From: Bugula neritina
Lineage: Eukaryota > Animalia > Bryozoa
Direction: 5' to 3'
Length of the DNA stretch: 64,000 nt
Assembly: GCA_964035545.1 (NCBI GenBank)
Contig: OZ037770.1
Coordinates: 11,676,463 to 11,740,462 of the forward strand
Positions 59,401-64,000 of this stretch are shown here, in pieces (position 1 is the first letter of the stretch; every line of letters begins with the position of its first letter). The notes beneath the pieces are model-generated. The model searched no databases. It worked only from the letters and a program-made list of their open reading frames with translations, and was not told the DNA's origin. The position numbers and the translations under genes are program-made.

Positions 59401-62400
59401 GACTCTTGTAATTATTAATTAGGCTAAAACTTCTAAGTCCTTGCTTTCTATTAATTAAAAAGTAAAATTGATAATAGTTTTATTTCATCTCTAAGGCGCT
59501 TAAAGTTTACTTTGCGATATTCTTGCATTTAACCAATAAGGTTGCAATTTTAAGTTGTTTGTATTTCATGATTTTACAGCTGACGGTCTATACTGTAATT
59601 TTAACTTTTAATTTACCTTCAGGGCTGTAAGTTGTTGGCTAAAGTCCATGGGTTTAAGTAGCTGAATGATGGCAATAAATAGAACTGCAGCAAGAAACAT
59701 GGAGTAGAAATCATTCCACTTCATAACAGGGTCAAAGTTCACATATTCATCTGGAATAAAAAAAAACACAAAAGGCTTGATGTTCACTTTCCATTACAGT
59801 TCAAAAAAACTTTAGTGCTTAGTAATTTGCAAATTAACATGGAATTGTTCAAGTTTCTCATGTGTAGCAAAAAAATTATTTTTGAACAGTTCTTTTGTAG
59901 TTCCTATAAATCTTTTGTTAGATTACAATTAGTATTAAACAATTTTAGGTAAATTGATTATTAAACTTAGCAAACAATCACTTCCAGTAGTAATTCAAAT
60001 ATCACAAATCTTACTTCTGTTGTTCATCATAAACTCTACAGCATTAACAACAGCTAAACTTCTTAGTACAAAGAATAGGAGAGTTAGCAGTCCAAATATA
60101 GCATTCAGTATCTCCACCACATGCCACGGGTCCGACACATATTTCTTCAAACCTTCTTTTATTAGGGCTAAAAATTAACAATCATACAATATTAATAAGT
60201 TACCTGAACAGCAGAGATAGGTTGGAAAAATAAAAATAATGAGTTAAATTACATAAACTTTGATTTTTTTTCTGCAAGTTGTTTTTTTTTAATAAAGTGT
60301 TGCAAACATTTTATTTCAAAGGGAAAAAAATTCAAAGCATCATCCGTAAGCACGCATATACTGCTAAGATTATTATATTATAAAAGTACAACTTTCTTCA
60401 TTTCTTAAGTGCAAACTATTCTCACCTTTTACTTCACTAAAGACAATAAAAGAGAGGACCAGGTACCAGATAATCTGAATCACCAGAAACACAAAGTCGA
60501 ACGTATCTACATAGGGATACGGTCTAAAGCTGTCTATTTTACTTGAAGCAAACACTCCTGAAAGAAAATATGAAACTTGATAATTTGGCAATTCTGTAAC
60601 TCGACAATTATTTTTACTAACATGAAGCATGCATGCATCAAACATTTCAACCTATTTCTAAAAATTTTACACTACATAATAAATATTATAATAATAGCAT
60701 ATTATTGTTAATTATAGCCTTTTTGACTAGACATCTACTGCAATATCTCATAGTTTTTAGTTTTATTTTGTTTTGAGATTATTTTTTTTACAACCATACC
60801 TCCAGTGACAGGTGTTTCTAACAGGATCTTCACTTGAGTGAATAAATTAACATTTACGTTGTTGATGACAAACTCTATAAAAATGGCCCTGGTCTGTTTA
60901 TCTATCCATATTTCTGACTTCAACTGTGGGAGTATTATCTCCCAGTTACTCTGTATCATTGTGATGCTGAAACAAGGGATAAAAAAACATCATGTCATCA
61001 TAAATCATTATTGTTGAACTTAAAGAGTGAATAAAAAGTTATGGCAAACAATTAATTGAAGTTTAGTTGATTTATGCATTGTTGTGATGATGCAAAAACA
61101 CAATGCAAATATCTGTATCTGCATGTATCATTGTGATGCTAAAAAAGGGAACGACAAGCATCATGCTATATTATAACTTTTTTTTCCTATTTAGGCTATA
61201 TGTTTTAAATTTAATATCACTTTATTCTTTGCTTCAAAATTTTGCTTATATTTAGTTTATTGTATTTCAAAGTAAATTCACTGAATTGCTTCCTAAAATT
61301 TTGTTACCAGAATGTTATTTAAAAAATTTAACTCAACTTTTAGGTTATATTAAATGAATTTATAATTTTATTATTTTAAACTATTTGAATATCCACAGAC
61401 CAAGCACACTGCTAAGCAAGCTTTTTAGTAGAGTTTAAACAATGATCTTGTCTGATAGATAACAAAAGCAAATAAGCATTACTCATTTTCCCTTTCCAAC
61501 TCCGATGCTTTCTTTTCTATTGTCAAAACATTTACTTATCAACAAATAGTAGCTGTGGTATAAATTATGTATATAGGGAGCATAGAAAGTATAAAGAAGT
61601 GATATAAATATATATTCATATAACATGCAATAGTATAACATACGTATAGCCACTAGGATCATATTTATCAAGTAAACCGGGCAATTTGGCTCCTTTGATA
61701 ACGTCATGTATATATGGTGGATGAGTCACTCCCTCTTGATAAGTACCATTCCATCCTAGAATAGAATGTCATATTATATTTTTACATGTACTATTCCATC
61801 ATAGGGTAGAATTTTATAATGCATTCATCTGGAAACTATCTTACTTATGATTTTCTTTAATTTGTTTATCTTTATTATGTTGAGCATCTCACATTTAGTG
61901 ACATAATAAAAACTATATTTTTATTCTTATGGTGAGCATAATTTTGAACTTGAACTTGATCGTTTACATATTAAGTGTTCTTTCTTTAAATTAGGCTTTT
62001 ATATTTTTGCTAAAATTTCAAGTGATTATTAATGCCTCGCAATAGTTCAAACTCTATTTAATAACTTTCTAGCTTGAACATTGATAAATGTAACACCAGC
62101 TAGTCTCAATGTAAACAGGAATATGGCAGATTGCTTGAAAGAAAAGATTTGCTAAGTGAATGAATTATATATTAAAAAAGATTTTGTATTTGTTGCTATT
62201 CAAGCAACTACTTGTAATTTAAACTGAGAACTTTCAAGCTTTCTTTAAAAAACAATGACGAATCTTGTGACTTTTACTACGTACTCTGTTAGTATTTTAG
62301 GAGTTTGCTAACATTATGTAGGCTATCATGCTATAACTCAAAGCTTATGAGCAATATTTTAAACAGCTATAACGTGGTTAAATTAATAATCAGATCTTAT

Positions 62401-63285
62401 AAATATAAACTAGTTACTTACTGGCATTCCAGTTGCCGGTTTCCTCTTTAGATTTACATCTGTAGACTTTCAATGCCCGAGCAGCGGCAGCAATCTCTTC
62501 TTCATCACACTCCACTGCAAAGCACAGTAATCTATGATAGTTAAAGATAGTTAAAAAGTGTGGCCGGATACCTCAACATGTCTCAACAGGTCTCAACATG
62601 TCTCAACATGTCTCAACATGTCTCAACATGTCTCAACATGTCTCAACAAGTCACAACATGTCTTAACATATCTCAACCTGTCTCAACATGTCTCAACATG
62701 TCTCAACATGTCTCAACATGTCTCAACATATCTCAACAAATCTTAACATATCTCAACATGTCTCAACACGCCTGAAAATGCCTGAACACTCCTGAAAATG
62801 CCTGAACACTCCTGAAAATGCCTGAACACGCCTGAACACGTCTCAACAAGTCTCAACAAATCTCAACATGTCTCAACACGCCTGAACCCGCCTGAACACG
62901 CCTGAACACGCCTGAACACGTGTCAACACGTCTCAATATGCCTCATTATACTCCAATACATCACCATGTGCCAATAAAAAGTAAAACAGATAGAAATATG
63001 GCACAAGTAATCTCATATTTTCAGTGTAATTAATGGATAGTTATAGCATAATATAGTACTAAAATTTTATATTTGCATTTGGTATCAATAAAAGGAACTT
63101 TTATTCACCATCTTCATCTCTGTTCTGTTTCATCCTGAGAGGTCCCATCAAGTAGCCATCCATATTATAGATATACTGTCTTTCCTCAAGATCCATTGAA
63201 TCTCCATTGTATCTTACTGATGGGTAGACAACTGGAAATACTGATTCCTCCAGCCATGGCCAGATGTCTTCTATTTTACTCAACT
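53458..63285 (-). CDS. Polycystin-1-like protein copy B, 3' half (TOP/channel domain, tail, ZU5-like domain); 5' part lies beyond the window
   Basis: Exons paralogous to copy A in the same order: ~63285-63109, ~62515-62422, ~61755-61645, ~60967-60780, ~60557-60427, ~60167-60014, ~59750-59617, ~59326-59164, ~58607-58418, ~57749-57550, ~57179-56975, 56592-56437, ~55667-55503, ~54959-54695, terminal exon 53544-53458 (ISNEEEKQDDPG..DLL*). Confidence 0.88.
54461..54499 (+). mobile_element. 5' fragment of the tRNA-containing TG...CA element
   Basis: TGTAGTGTTGAGTTTACCCAGTGGTCCCCGTGATGTAAT, truncated in the A box. Confidence 0.7.
55878..56001 (+). mobile_element. tRNA-derived SINE (second family), intronic
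   Basis: A-box-like TGGTTTATGGGGG, B box GGGTTCAAACC, body TGGTGATGTTAAGACAAGCATCCAGTCATAATTGCTCCTGTGCC. Confidence 0.7.
62570..62940. repeat. 10-bp minisatellite (TCTCAACATG)n grading into (CCTGAACACG)n, intronic
   Basis: About 37 units in one 10-bp register. Confidence 0.95.
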
Positions 63286-64000
63286 ATATATATTAGCATA
63301 ACATTTAGCAAGCTGTATATAATATTTTTATAAGACTGAAAAGGGAAAAAAAAGGATTTCCTCCTGATTTAATAACAATTTGCACTATTTGATTTAAAGA
63401 AATTACAATGTTTCTACCAAAAATAGTCAAACGATTTTTTAAATGACTAATTATTTTACTCAAAAAAATGGAAGCACTATGATATCATCAGGTAATAGAA
63501 TACAATTGCAGTTATAATGTTAGTCATCTTTTTCATTATAACAATGTGATTATGCAGCTAATATTTTTGTTAAAAAAAAATTAATTATTTTTGGTTTTTT
63601 TAGAAGTATTGCTACGTTGCAGCAAAGTTTTTGCATAGCATATAGCAGGTCTTGCAGTTTTAACTTTTTTGAAACCAATAGATAATGCGTAAAGATTTTG
63701 TTTGGCATATAAATGAAATCAATTCACACTTTATGTTAACTGTAGTTACACAAAGATAAAAATATGAAATATATTTTAGTGTTTGCATGCTCAACTCTTA
63801 CAGCTATAAATAGCAATGCTGAAGCTTAGTTTTTTCATATAAATATTATAAACCCCACATACATCTAGAGCAAAGAAATGCAATCTAATTGTTTCTACAA
63901 AATAATATTATAGTGATATAGAAATGCAAAGTATAATACAATAAATACATAATATTTGATAAAACTATTTGTAATATATTTTGAAACTGTTCACTGAAAA

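Overview
AT-rich, intron-rich animal (invertebrate-type) genomic DNA; there are no prokaryotic features. Left part (+ strand): the last 13 exons of a divergent axonemal dynein heavy chain (AAA6 region and C-terminal domain) with an intronic tRNA-Pro(AGG). These are followed by a ~5.65 kb head-to-tail duplication (~7890-13522 / ~13540-19181); each unit carries the two terminal dynein exons and an intronless rhodopsin-family GPCR. Right part (- strand): two tandem polycystin-1-like (PKD1L) genes. Copy A looks complete (50377-21199): signal peptide, Cys-rich lectin-like modules, 11-aa acidic Ser/Thr repeat stalk, GAIN-like region, PLAT, polycystin channel domain. Copy B enters from the right edge. 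Both appear to splice in frame into a C-terminal ZU5-like domain, and copy A has a cysteine-free GPS motif plus a nearby RKKR furin site. The most striking small-scale signal is a dispersed 105-106 bp element, TG...CA with 5-bp target-site duplications, that is essentially one tRNA-like Pol III unit (solo-LTR/TRIM-like). All exon models were assembled by eye from splice signals and reading-frame phase; no database searches were run.
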